NCBI GenBank assembly: GCA_034439575.1
Contig: JAWXAQ010000008.1
Coordinates: 96,001 to 160,000, forward strand
Length of the DNA stretch: 64,000 nucleotides
Source of the DNA: Leptospira sp.
Lineage (GTDB): Bacteria > Spirochaetota > Leptospiria > Leptospirales > Leptospiraceae
Direction: 5' to 3'
Both the position numbers and the translations under genes were made by a program. The notes beneath the pieces were generated by a model. It made no database searches and was not told the DNA's origin. It saw only the letters and a list, made by a program, of their open reading frames with translations. Within the stretch, counting starts at the first letter, position 1. The number at the start of each line of letters is the position of its first letter. This document shows positions 49,042 through 59,042 of this stretch, piece by piece.

Positions 49042-49544
49042 ACCATAGATTTGAAACCCCTGAGGGGGATTTTTCTGTCCAAATTTCTGAAAACCATATC
49101 AAACTCAATGATGGTAAAAAAGTTCACAGAGTCACATTGCCACCTGTAGAAGAAGTCACAAATTTTCCCCCCTTTACGGGCAGGATTTATTTCGAGGATG
49201 CATCCGTCTTGACCTACCTTTTGGAAAGATCTGAAATCTATTTGCACTATTTCGGCGAAACATGGTCGTTCAAACGAAAAGAGCGGGAAGTTTCGTTGGC
49301 AAATTCCTCTTCGCCTGAAATCAAAAGCCCTATGCCTGGCAAAATCATACAGATGTTTGCTGAATTAGGAAAATCTTTCCAAGCAGGGGAAACCATTTTG
49401 ATTCTAGAAGCGATGAAGATGGAGAACGCGATCAAGGCGCCTTTTGCCTGCATTGTGAAGGAAATCCTTCATAAAGTGGGAAATATTGTGCAACAAGATG
49501 ATCCGATTGTCATACTAGACAAAATTGCTCCAGAAAAAACATAA
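49038..49544 (+). CDS. Biotin carboxyl carrier protein with N-terminal BT-like domain
   Basis: SPMPGK and EAMKMEN biotinylation motif; ATGA overlap with upstream stop. Confidence 0.9.
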   Translation: MNHRFETPEGDFSVQISENHIKLNDGKKVHRVTLPPVEEVTNFPPFTGRIYFEDASVLTYLLERSEIYLHYFGETWSFKRKEREVSLANSSSPEIKSPMPGKIIQMFAELGKSFQAGETILILEAMKMENAIKAPFACIVKEILHKVGNIVQQDDPIVILDKIAPEKT

Positions 49545-49614
49545 TATCTCTAATTTATTTGACAATTCTTAGGAAAATGGGAACCATATCCCAGCTTGAT
49601 TTAGCAATAGGTGG

Positions 49615-51117
49615 ATGATGTATTTAAATCTTCTCAGAAGTACTGTGTTATTTCTGCTTTTTTCAAACCTAGCCCTCTTAGCGCAAGCCCAGAGAGCTCC
49701 TCGTACAGACTTACCCTTCGAAATTGATGAAAAAAAACGTATGTCTGAAAAAGACGTCGAAAAGAAAAAGGAAGGCGGTTATTTCACTGGTCTCCCTCTG
49801 ATCAATTCCGATCCGAACGTAGGAATAGGCTATGGTGCCAGGGTAATTTATCTTTATAACGGGGATCGTAAAAACCCTTTATTTGAATACACTCCCTATC
49901 GTTTCCGAGTCTTCGCTCAATACTTTAATACGACAAAAAATGCTCCCTACCATTGGGCAAGTATTGATGCTCCTTATGTATTTGATACAAAGTGGAGACT
50001 TCGAGGGGACTTGATTTATTCGAGAAACCCGAACACTTTGTACTTTGGCGTTGGGGAAAATACCATGAAACCTCTTTCCTATTTGGAAAGAAATGACCCA
50101 GCTGGCCAACAAGTGCGAAATGCACGGTTTGCGGATTATGAAGAGAACCTCGCCTATCGTAGACCTGGTGATGCTGGGGTAGGTGAAGCACCTTCTGTTA
50201 CCAATTCACGCTACAATCGTTACGATATTGAAAGTCCTGAATTCAGTGCATCTGGAGAGTATTCATTCTTAGGTGGAACTATTAGAACCGTGACGGGCGT
50301 TAGATTATCTAAGCAAGTGATTCGAACATTTGATGGTAAGGCTTACGATTCAAAAATTGGTGCTTATGACCAAATCGCAGGTTTTCCACTTGGGTTATTT
50401 GACACGGATCGCACGATTACAACACCTCAAGGTGAGACAAGGCTAACTCGCGATAACAAAGATGGCAAGATATTAGGCTTTAACGGCGGTTATACAAATA
50501 ACGTACGAGCGGGTATCGTTTATGATACAAGAGACTTTGAACCAGATCCAAATCGTGGACTTTTCTTGGAATACACTCATGAAAGATCAACGAAGGCGAT
50601 TGGTTCAAATTATGAGTTCAATAAGAACTTAGTTTCAGGTCGTATCTTCATTAGCCCTGTTGAATATTTCACTAGAAAACCACCAGAATTATTAGAAAAA
50701 TTTGTATTAGCAGCTCGTGGCGCTATGGTTCAAACCAATGGTGATGCACCATTTTATGAATATAGAAACATGTGGGGAACGGAAACCAACCAATCCGGTT
50801 TAGGTGGAAGAACTACAATGCGCGGTTACAAACAAGACAGATTTGTGGGTCAAACTATGGCCTATGCCAATTTTGAAATCAGATGGAAATTTGCTTCGGC
50901 AGATGTCTGGGGCCAGCACTTTGATTTCCAATTAGTTCCGTTCTATGATGTGGGACGTGTTTGGGACAGAACTTCAGATGCCAATTTGAAAGGTTACAAA
51001 CACTCACGTGGTATCGGTCTTCGTATCCCTTGGAACCAAGCAACTGTTATCTATTTTGACTATGCTCGGTCATCGGAAGACTCACAGTTATTTGTGAACT
51101 TTAACCATATATTTTAG
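49615..51117 (+). CDS. Omp85/BamA-family beta-barrel without recognisable POTRA domains
   Basis: Signal peptide, YDTRD, LGGRTTMRGY..DRF (VRGF-like), FYDVGRVW, GIGLR, C-terminal FNHIF. Confidence 0.82.
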   Translation: MMYLNLLRSTVLFLLFSNLALLAQAQRAPRTDLPFEIDEKKRMSEKDVEKKKEGGYFTGLPLINSDPNVGIGYGARVIYLYNGDRKNPLFEYTPYRFRVFAQYFNTTKNAPYHWASIDAPYVFDTKWRLRGDLIYSRNPNTLYFGVGENTMKPLSYLERNDPAGQQVRNARFADYEENLAYRRPGDAGVGEAPSVTNSRYNRYDIESPEFSASGEYSFLGGTIRTVTGVRLSKQVIRTFDGKAYDSKIGAYDQIAGFPLGLFDTDRTITTPQGETRLTRDNKDGKILGFNGGYTNNVRAGIVYDTRDFEPDPNRGLFLEYTHERSTKAIGSNYEFNKNLVSGRIFISPVEYFTRKPPELLEKFVLAARGAMVQTNGDAPFYEYRNMWGTETNQSGLGGRTTMRGYKQDRFVGQTMAYANFEIRWKFASADVWGQHFDFQLVPFYDVGRVWDRTSDANLKGYKHSRGIGLRIPWNQATVIYFDYARSSEDSQLFVNFNHIF

Positions 51118-51129
51118 GTATCAAAAAGT

Positions 51130-51810
51130 ATGAAAATGAATAGATATAATATACTCCTAATATTGTTCACAGCGGCTTTGTTTCTGAATTGTGAAGCCAA
51201 GCCCGTGGAAGAAAAATTTGGACTTACAGCTGACGAATTTGACATAGCTCTTCTTGGTATTGTTTCCAATACGGGAATGGTTGATACTGGCTTTGGAACC
51301 ATCATTGACAACGGCGCAAAGCTCGAATGGCAAAAATGTTCCTATGGCCAAGTGTACCGAGGCTCAACTAACGATTGCCAAGGTGCCCTCGGAGGTTCCG
51401 TGTTAAATCCTTTGGATCCGTATAAATATGGCGCCAAACAAGTGGCATATTGTGATTCACGCACACACGCTTGCAATAAAGTTGCACCACCTCAGACCTT
51501 GGTTTCTATCTCAGAAATCGCGATCGTTGGTTCGAGTGAACTTTTTGCGGCATGTGCGAGTTATGGTTCAGGTTACCGGGTTCCAAATCCGTATGAACTG
51601 CAACGTTTAACTGTAGGCGGAAGAAATGCTCTGCTTGCACGTTTTCCGCATACTGTGGAAGCCGATTACTGGTCTAGTTGGTCAGAATTGACTGATTATG
51701 AAGGCACAACGGCGATTTCTATCTCCTTTGACAGAGAGTCTTTTGGCGAAGAAAGAAAAGGAATCAAAACGGATCGAAATTATGTCCGTTGTGTAAAAAA
51801 CTACCCTTAA
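51130..51810 (+). CDS. DUF1566 (Lcl C-terminal) domain lipoprotein
   Basis: Lipobox FLNC, IIDN..LEWQKCSYGQ, YRVPN..EL, YWSS, YVRCVK. Confidence 0.82.
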   Translation: MKMNRYNILLILFTAALFLNCEAKPVEEKFGLTADEFDIALLGIVSNTGMVDTGFGTIIDNGAKLEWQKCSYGQVYRGSTNDCQGALGGSVLNPLDPYKYGAKQVAYCDSRTHACNKVAPPQTLVSISEIAIVGSSELFAACASYGSGYRVPNPYELQRLTVGGRNALLARFPHTVEADYWSSWSELTDYEGTTAISISFDRESFGEERKGIKTDRNYVRCVKNYP

Positions 51811-51880
51811 TCCCCTCACATTTCCTAATCTTGTTTTTTGGCAAGGTTAGGAAAATCCTTTTTATTTTTCACTTTTTTGA

Positions 51881-51907
51881 TAATCTAATCTATAGATACG
51901 CCGAAGT
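51881..51907 (+). promoter_or_regulatory. Candidate sigma28 (FliA) promoter
   Basis: TAAT-N15-GCCGAAGT, 26 nt before ATG 51934. Confidence 0.4.
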
Positions 51908-51933
51908 ACCGAGTAGGAATTCGGAAAAAGATT

Positions 51934-52659
51934 ATGGATATTCAAACATTCAATCAATCTATGCGACCCAATCCTTACGCGGACAAACGTGTAAGTTATG
52001 TGGGACATGGTAGATTAGAAAGTGCGCCAGAAACTTTATCACCATTACACGTAATCGCTCATGAATTGGGCCATGTGCAAGAATTTAAGGGAGATGCCTT
52101 TCGTAATGGCAGTGAAATTAGAGACGTTCGTGTTAAGATCAATTATGAGCTGAGAGATGGGCGTTTAATCGCAGTTAGTGGCGAGACATCAGCAACGACT
52201 CAAAAAAGAACCGACGTTAAACCAAAAGATCCAAGCCTCGAACCATACTCCGATGGCAAGTCCTTTAAAGATATTTATACCAATTCCAAAGATGATGAGA
52301 AAAAAGCTGGTAAACCTGAAAAACCAAATCAAATTGAAATCATCGAGCGTGATAAAAAGGAAGAATTAGAAAATAAAATCAAAGATCTTGAAGTGAGATT
52401 AGGTTCAGAAAAAACGAAGGAAACTGCCGAAGGAAAAGATCCCAAGGAACTAACGGGAAAAAATGAACGCGCCCGTGAAATCGCATCGGAGAAAAGAAGA
52501 TTGGAAGAAGAGGTAAGACTTCTGAAGATGAAAGAAGCACTCAAAGATTCGTTTGATATGCTCACTGACATTCGTAAGGTGATGATTTCAAATATTTTTG
52601 GAATGATGCAAGTGGGAAATGAATCCAAACCTGGCCAATTGGTAAATACCTTAATCTAA
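51934..52659 (+). CDS. SprA-related-family HExxH protein with coiled-coil tail
   Basis: AHELGH and DGRLIAVSGE motifs, charged coiled coil, terminal GQLVN. Confidence 0.5.
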   Translation: MDIQTFNQSMRPNPYADKRVSYVGHGRLESAPETLSPLHVIAHELGHVQEFKGDAFRNGSEIRDVRVKINYELRDGRLIAVSGETSATTQKRTDVKPKDPSLEPYSDGKSFKDIYTNSKDDEKKAGKPEKPNQIEIIERDKKEELENKIKDLEVRLGSEKTKETAEGKDPKELTGKNERAREIASEKRRLEEEVRLLKMKEALKDSFDMLTDIRKVMISNIFGMMQVGNESKPGQLVNTLI

Positions 52660-52698
52660 ATTTATTAAGCATCTTAAATTTGTGCCATCAAACACTGG

Positions 52699-53328
52699 TT
52701 AAACTTTCACTTTCTCTAAAATAAACTTTCGAATTTCATTGATTCCCTTCCCAGAATTTGTAGAGGTAAAAAACAAGGGAAAGGGAAATCCTAATTCATT
52801 CATTACACTTTCCATATCTTTTTGGATGATATTTCTTTCTTTTTGATTTAGTTTATCTACTTTTGTACGAATCACAACAGGTGTAATTTTTTTTTGTAAA
52901 CAAGTTTCAATCATTTGCATTTCCTCTTCTGGAAAAGGACGTTGCGCATCACATAGAATAAATAGATATTTTAATCTGGAAGCTTTGTTTAGAAATTGAT
53001 CAAGTAAACTCATCATTTCTTTGTGTTCTTTATATGAAGCCTTAGAATAACCAAATCCTGGTAAGTCGATAAGACTAAATCCAGCTTTAGTGCCAAAAAT
53101 ATTGATCAATTTTGTTTTACCCGGAGTTTTAGAAACTTTTGCTAATCCTCTTTGATTTGTAATAGAGTTTAGCAAGGATGATTTTCCAGAATTGGAGCGA
53201 CCTACAAATCCAATTAACAATTCATCCGGTAATTTATCTTCTTCCAATTCGTCTGCAATGGATGTTAGAAAGTAGGTATTTGGGAAATGGATTTCCTCGT
53301 GATATGGATTGCCTTTTGATTGATTCAT
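52699..53328 (-). CDS. engB: Ribosome biogenesis GTPase YihA/YsxC
   Basis: GRSNSGKSS, SKTPGKT, DLPGFGY, TKVDK. Confidence 0.95.
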   Translation of the reverse strand: MNQSKGNPYHEEIHFPNTYFLTSIADELEEDKLPDELLIGFVGRSNSGKSSLLNSITNQRGLAKVSKTPGKTKLINIFGTKAGFSLIDLPGFGYSKASYKEHKEMMSLLDQFLNKASRLKYLFILCDAQRPFPEEEMQMIETCLQKKITPVVIRTKVDKLNQKERNIIQKDMESVMNELGFPFPLFFTSTNSGKGINEIRKFILEKVKV

Positions 53329-53331
53329 TTT

Positions 53332-54680
53332 TTATCTTTTCGGATAATTTGGGAGAGATGGATCAAACATAGAAAATAGGATTTGAATTGGTAGGTTTTT
53401 TTCATATACAACGGGAATATACCTCCTAAAAATTTCTGGGATCTGTTTTTCTCGGTAAATTTCCGAAATTTCTTTTTTGCCGTAAGGGAAATTTATCTTT
53501 TCACCCGGTTTCGCTGGCCTTATTTCCCATTCGTTATTTATGTTTTCAATTTCAATATGATTTTCATTCCAATTAACGGAGATTTTGTGGTCAATTTTAT
53601 TGATAATGGGTGCTAAAAGTAATTTTGATTCTTTGGAAAGGAGATGGATATCTCCTTCAAGAATTTTTAAAATTATAACTGATTTTGTTTCTACATTTGC
53701 TTTGGATGAAGACTGGCGTAAAAATTCTAAAAATTGTGAACGATACAAAGGGGGATGTCCAAGTAAGGATAGATAAAAATCTAACAATTGTTTTTGACTC
53801 GAAGGATCTAAAGAATCCCAAGTTTGATTCGGAATGCGAAAATAATATGGAGATTTGGTTTTTGGAATCTGAGTTTCAAAAGGATTCATAAACTCACTTA
53901 CATTTTGGTTTTCTACAGATATAACATTCGTTTGAATCTCAAATCTTTGATCAAATTTAGCTTCTAAATTTTCTGATTCCCAATGATGAAAATTCCAATA
54001 GAATCTATAAAAGTTCATCTTTTCCTTCTTGAGAATTGGTGTGATTTGTTTTCGGATTCGATTTCTTTTGAATGTTATATCATCATTCGATTCATCTTCG
54101 AAGATGGGAAAAAAATCAGAAATCTTTTCATATAACAAATTTAATTCTGGATCCGGAAGAAATACCAGAGGCAAAAAACGATCCTTTGTTAAAGGAGGTA
54201 AGGTGTTAAATGCTCCTTTCCCTGCACCTCTTGTTATGTGAAGTAATACAGATTCACAATAGTCTTGCGTATGATGTCCTGTAAAATAAAATCCATTTTT
54301 TTGACGGATGATTTTATTTAATTCGTGGTAACGAAACAATCGTCCCGTTTCTTCTAGCCCTCTGCCTATTTTTTTTGCGAGACTCGGAATCGTTTTTTTT
54401 TTATCAATGAATTGGGGAAAAATTTCCTTAAGAAAGAATCAATCTCAAATTCCTGTTTGGCGTTGTCTCGAATCGAGTGGTTGAGATGGAAAATTTTAGG
54501 AAGTGGGATAGAATAAGTTTGAAACAAGTATTGAAAAAAAAGTAAACAAATGTTTGAATCTTTTCCCCCTGAATAAGATAATACAGAGTTTTGTGTAAAC
54601 GATTGCGATAAAACAGACTCTCGTCCTATGCGATTGATCCAATTTTCAAGTGTGGTTTTTAAGTCTTCTGAAAGATTCAA
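53332..54680 (-). CDS. tilS: tRNA(Ile)-lysidine synthase TilS, split into two frames at an A10 tract (recoded gene, pseudogene or sequence error)
   Basis: 5' ORF has SYSGGKDS and HLNHSIR; 3' frame has LEETGR.FRY, TGHHTQDYCES, RG, PL, DESN..RNRIR; joined by a -1 shift at 54393-54402. Confidence 0.88.
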
Positions 54681-56602
54681 AGTTTTCTAACGGCTACCAT
54701 TGTAATGTCATCATGCTGTTCTTTACTTTTCATAAAAGTTTTTATTTCAGCATATATATTTTCCAAAAGGAACTTGGGCTCCCTAGAAATAGAGGATATA
54801 AATTTTTCTTTTAGCGCAATGTCGCCAAACTGCTCTTCTTTTTCATTATAGGCTTCCGTCACACCATCGGTAAACATAAGGATTGTATCGTTTTTGTTTA
54901 AAGTTACATTTTCTTCGTTTTTATAGGGAGAAATATCAGCTGTGATTCCGAGTATCACTCCACCAGTTTCAATTTCTTCTAGAATGTTTTGTTTGGCTCG
55001 GTAAATATAAAAATTTCCGTGACCAGCACCTGAAACTATGATTTGATTTGTATCTAAACTCCACCTAAGTAGAATTAGACTCATAAATCGTGGTGTCAAA
55101 GCATCTTTATAACTTGTATGCAAATAACTATTAATATCATTGATAATTTCCCAAGGAGAATCTTTAACTCGCACTAATGAATGTAATATGGTTCGCACTG
55201 TCGCCATGACAAGTCCAGCCGCAACTCCTTTACCACTCACATCCCCAATGCATAAAAAAAGTTCCTTATTATTAGGTGACAAAATATAATCATAATAATC
55301 ACCCCCGATCCCACGAGCAGGCATCATAAACCCACCAAACATTAGATATCTAGTTTCAGGAATTTTTCTAGGGAGAAGGGTAGATTGGATTTCTTTCGCA
55401 ATTTCGATTTCTTTTTCCAACCTTTCCTTTTTAGAGAGATTTTCATAAAGAGTGGCATTTTCCATAGTGATCTGAGCAAGAGAAACAAATGCATTGAGTG
55501 CTTCGATTTCATCTTGCGGAAATCTTGAATCAGGCTTCGCAAGTACAAAAATAAAATCTGCATTATTTTCTAAACTTACAGGTAATATAACAATTTCTTT
55601 TCCAATCACGCCCAATGTTTCAAATATTGGATACTCTTTAGGATCAATGGTGAACGACTCTTTGGCATTTAACAAATGAAAGAGGGTCGCAACATTTACC
55701 ATGCTCGTTTCTGTTGAGATTTGAAAATTATCTAAATCACGAAGTAGTTTGAAGACTTTGACTGTCATTACAGTTTTTGGTTTTTCGATAAGACAGGCTA
55801 CATTTGATTCTACAATTCCGGATAAAGTAAGCAAAATCATACGTATCATTTCATCATGATTATCAAGGTATAATTTGCTGAGAGTCAGAGCGGCTGTATG
55901 TAAACTTTGAAAGTTTTTTGATTGGTTTTGAGATCTAGAATATAATAACGAATTTCGTAAAGATACGGCAAATTGGCCGACGACTAATTGCAATATTTCT
56001 TGATCTTCAATATAATCAGAATAATCTTCGTCATCATAATCAACAGTTAACATACCTACTGCGGTATTTGCATACAAAATCGGAATGATGAGTTGTGATT
56101 TTGTGCCAGTGAGGTCTGAGTAAAATTTATAAAATGGATGTGACTGTTCTGATAAACAATAAAACTTTGATTCGCGTTTAGCCATACTTTCGACTAAGAC
56201 ACCGAAACTAAGATCGTAATCAATATGGATTCTTTTGATAGCTCTCTGTAAACTTTTTTGACGAGCGGAATAATATGCGAGGCGAATATCACCTAATTCT
56301 AAATTGGCGATAAAGATCGCGATTTTTTCTCTTTTTAATCTGTCTTGAATTAATTCTGTGAATCGAAAAAGTAAATCTTCGAGCCCCATTGATGAATTGA
56401 ATAAGGACAAACAATCCAATAAAAATTCGGTTTTCTCTTCCGAACTCAAAACAGTTTTGCCCATACGGGGAATTTTACGTTTTTCTAATATCCATTCTTT
56501 ATCACAGGTTTTGCAATAGAAACGCCCTTGCCTGGTAATTCCGTCGGGCATTTGCGGTTCCTGGCATAACAAACAAAGAGTTTCTTCTATTGGGTTAATC
56601 AT
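54677..56602 (-). CDS. Zn-finger + two GAF + PP2C/SpoIIE phosphatase
   Basis: CLLC/CKTC, GAF (LIIPILY..VGMLTVD), second GAF-like region, IGGDYYD, GDVSGKG, GAGH, FTDGVTEA, DDIT; start chosen at ATG 56602. Confidence 0.88.
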   Translation of the reverse strand: MINPIEETLCLLCQEPQMPDGITRQGRFYCKTCDKEWILEKRKIPRMGKTVLSSEEKTEFLLDCLSLFNSSMGLEDLLFRFTELIQDRLKREKIAIFIANLELGDIRLAYYSARQKSLQRAIKRIHIDYDLSFGVLVESMAKRESKFYCLSEQSHPFYKFYSDLTGTKSQLIIPILYANTAVGMLTVDYDDEDYSDYIEDQEILQLVVGQFAVSLRNSLLYSRSQNQSKNFQSLHTAALTLSKLYLDNHDEMIRMILLTLSGIVESNVACLIEKPKTVMTVKVFKLLRDLDNFQISTETSMVNVATLFHLLNAKESFTIDPKEYPIFETLGVIGKEIVILPVSLENNADFIFVLAKPDSRFPQDEIEALNAFVSLAQITMENATLYENLSKKERLEKEIEIAKEIQSTLLPRKIPETRYLMFGGFMMPARGIGGDYYDYILSPNNKELFLCIGDVSGKGVAAGLVMATVRTILHSLVRVKDSPWEIINDINSYLHTSYKDALTPRFMSLILLRWSLDTNQIIVSGAGHGNFYIYRAKQNILEEIETGGVILGITADISPYKNEENVTLNKNDTILMFTDGVTEAYNEKEEQFGDIALKEKFISSISREPKFLLENIYAEIKTFMKSKEQHDDITMVAVRKL

Positions 56603-56668
56603 GGAACCTATGCAAATTAGGTCGGAAATTTTCAAATCTACAAGTATTTTACTAAACCCAAAGAAAAC

Positions 56669-56684
56669 TGGCACATTTCATGCT
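56669..56684 (+). promoter_or_regulatory. Candidate sigma54 (-24/-12) promoter
   Basis: TGGCACATTTCATGCT: GG(56670-71)-N10-GC(56682-83), facing the sigma54 activator gene. Confidence 0.6.
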
Positions 56685-56849
56685 TAAAGTATAGGCATAA
56701 ATCAGATATTGTCTAATTTAAGGAGACTTTTACGTCTAAATGATTAAATTTTAGATGCTTTGTTTAGATATGAGGCATATAATTTAATTACAGGGCATGG
56801 TTTTCTTGCCATTATTTTATACAAGGCGTAGATTTTAAGAGCAATTGAT

Positions 56850-58967
56850 ATGAGTACAAAAAAAATTAACCCGATCCAATCCATACATGACGTTGCCACA
56901 GCCATGAATTCCACCCAGGATCCCGATGGCCTCTTGGAATTGATTTTAGATCGTTGCATTCAAATTTGTAGTGTGGAATCAGGTTCGCTCATGTTGATTG
57001 ATGAAAAATTGGGTGTCCTAGATGCAGTTACTTCTCGCGGCATGAACCAACAAGTGTTACGCGAAACTAAATTGAAAATTGGTCAGGGTATAACAGGTGT
57101 TGTTGCCTCCACAGGAAAAGCAAAGCTAATCAATGATGTTTCAAAAGATCCTGATTATATTCAAATCAAAGAAGAAATTAAATCAGAGTTAGTTGCTCCA
57201 ATGATCGTTGATGATTCAATTATTGGTATTATATCTTTGGATTCAAATCGATTGAATGCTTTTACCAGTGAAATGCTTGAAATAGTAAGTGTTCTTGCCA
57301 ATCAAGCAGGTCAAGTATTCAAAAATTTACAAACGATTCGAAATTTAGAACAGAAGACAAAAATCCAATCTACCTTGATTGAGATTTCAAAAGTTGTAAC
57401 TACAACATTAGACTTAAATGAAATTTTTGATGCGATCATGTCTACGATTGAAAAATCCCTACGATTAGAAAAAGGGAGTATCGTACTTTATAAAAAAGAA
57501 GATGGCTTGTTACGTATTGTCGCGGCCTGTGGACTTTCCCAAGAAGAATTTGAAAAAGGTTCCTATCAACCAGGAGAGGGCATCACTGGTAAAGTCTTTG
57601 AATCAGGTGAAGCTATGATCGTCGAATCTGTAGCAAGTCATCCTGATTTTTTAAATCGAGTGGGATATTTATCTCATTTTAAACATGATCCACATAACGT
57701 TAGTTTACTGTGTTCACCGATTTTGAGTGAACAGAATATTTTAGGTGTAGTCAATGCATTTGTTGTCCAACACAAACATACCGATTTAAAATCGTATTTA
57801 GATTTTTTGCAAGTGGTTGCCTCAATTATTTCCCAATCGATTAAGATTCAAAATTTAGTTGAGGAAGCTAAAAAGGAGATCTCTAGAGAAAACATTCAGC
57901 TCAAACGCGAGTTAAAGAATAAATATAAATTTGGTTCTTTGATAGGAAAAGCTTCGGCAATGGAAAAAATGTTTGAAAAGATTCAGCTAGTCGCTGATTC
58001 GAGAGCTTCCGTTCTTATCACAGGTGAATCAGGAACAGGAAAAGAAATGATAGCAAATGCTATCCATTACAATAGCACAAGGTCTGAAAATCCGTTTGTA
58101 AAAATTAATTGTGCGGCTATTCCTGAAAATTTATTGGAAAGTGAATTGTTTGGACACAAAAAAGGTGCCTTTACAGGTGCTGTCAGTGATAAAAAAGGCA
58201 AATTTGAGTTAGCTGATACTGGATCTATTTTTCTTGATGAAATCGGTGAAATGGATTTAAATTTACAATCTAAGTTACTGAGAGTTTTACAAGAAAGAGA
58301 AATCGAAGCAGTAGGATCAACTAAGCCGAAGAAGGTGGATGTTCGGATCATTGCCGCGACAAATGCTGAGTTAGAACAATTGGTCGCAGAAAAAAAATTC
58401 AGAGCTGATTTGTTTTATAGATTGAATGTCGTGAAAATAAATACTCCTCCACTTAGAGAAAGGACAGAAGATATTCCACTTCTAATCAATCATTTCTTAG
58501 AAAAATATGCCAAAGATAATAATAAAAATATCCGTGGAGTCACAAGAGAGGCCAGTCGCTTATTATTAAAATATAGATGGCCAGGGAATGTTCGAGAACT
58601 TGAAAACGTAATTGAGAGAGCTGTGGTTTTATCTCAAGATGAATTATTGGCAGAAGATGATTTTTCTGATTTAGTCATCAATTTGGAAACACAAATTGAA
58701 ACTCAGTCTGAAGTGACATCCATTCCAGCTAACGATACGGCAAATAATTCCGAATCTCTTGATCTCACTTCTGGTCGTCTAACACCGGGTCAGCTGGACA
58801 ATTTGGACGGTCGAGCGATGGAGATCGTGGTAAATGAAGTAGAGTCAAGATTGATACAATACGCGATGAAAAAATTTAGATACACTAAGACTCGAGTAGC
58901 CAAATATTTAGGTATCAACCGAAATACTTTGGATAAAAAGATCAAAGAACTAAATATTGAATATTAG
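56850..58967 (+). CDS. Sigma54-dependent enhancer-binding protein, GAF-GAF-AAA-HTH (EbpA/FhlA/NifA-like)
   Basis: Two GAF domains, [47 protein letters not shown], Fis-type HTH. Confidence 0.93.
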   Translation: MSTKKINPIQSIHDVATAMNSTQDPDGLLELILDRCIQICSVESGSLMLIDEKLGVLDAVTSRGMNQQVLRETKLKIGQGITGVVASTGKAKLINDVSKDPDYIQIKEEIKSELVAPMIVDDSIIGIISLDSNRLNAFTSEMLEIVSVLANQAGQVFKNLQTIRNLEQKTKIQSTLIEISKVVTTTLDLNEIFDAIMSTIEKSLRLEKGSIVLYKKEDGLLRIVAACGLSQEEFEKGSYQPGEGITGKVFESGEAMIVESVASHPDFLNRVGYLSHFKHDPHNVSLLCSPILSEQNILGVVNAFVVQHKHTDLKSYLDFLQVVASIISQSIKIQNLVEEAKKEISRENIQLKRELKNKYKFGSLIGKASAMEKMFEKIQLVADSRASVLITGESGTGKEMIANAIHYNSTRSENPFVKINCAAIPENLLESELFGHKKGAFTGAVSDKKGKFELADTGSIFLDEIGEMDLNLQSKLLRVLQEREIEAVGSTKPKKVDVRIIAATNAELEQLVAEKKFRADLFYRLNVVKINTPPLRERTEDIPLLINHFLEKYAKDNNKNIRGVTREASRLLLKYRWPGNVRELENVIERAVVLSQDELLAEDDFSDLVINLETQIETQSEVTSIPANDTANNSESLDLTSGRLTPGQLDNLDGRAMEIVVNEVESRLIQYAMKKFRYTKTRVAKYLGINRNTLDKKIKELNIEY

Positions 58968-59042
58968 TGATAAAATTGAATTGAGCATTGAATCTTGGAT
59001 TTAATTTACTTTTTTGAAATTTCATATTAACAATCGCCTTTA

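Noticed and set aside
56793-56812. Second sigma54-like GGCA...TTGC site
   Set aside because: GG-to-GC spacing is 12 nt on both strands, not the required 10.
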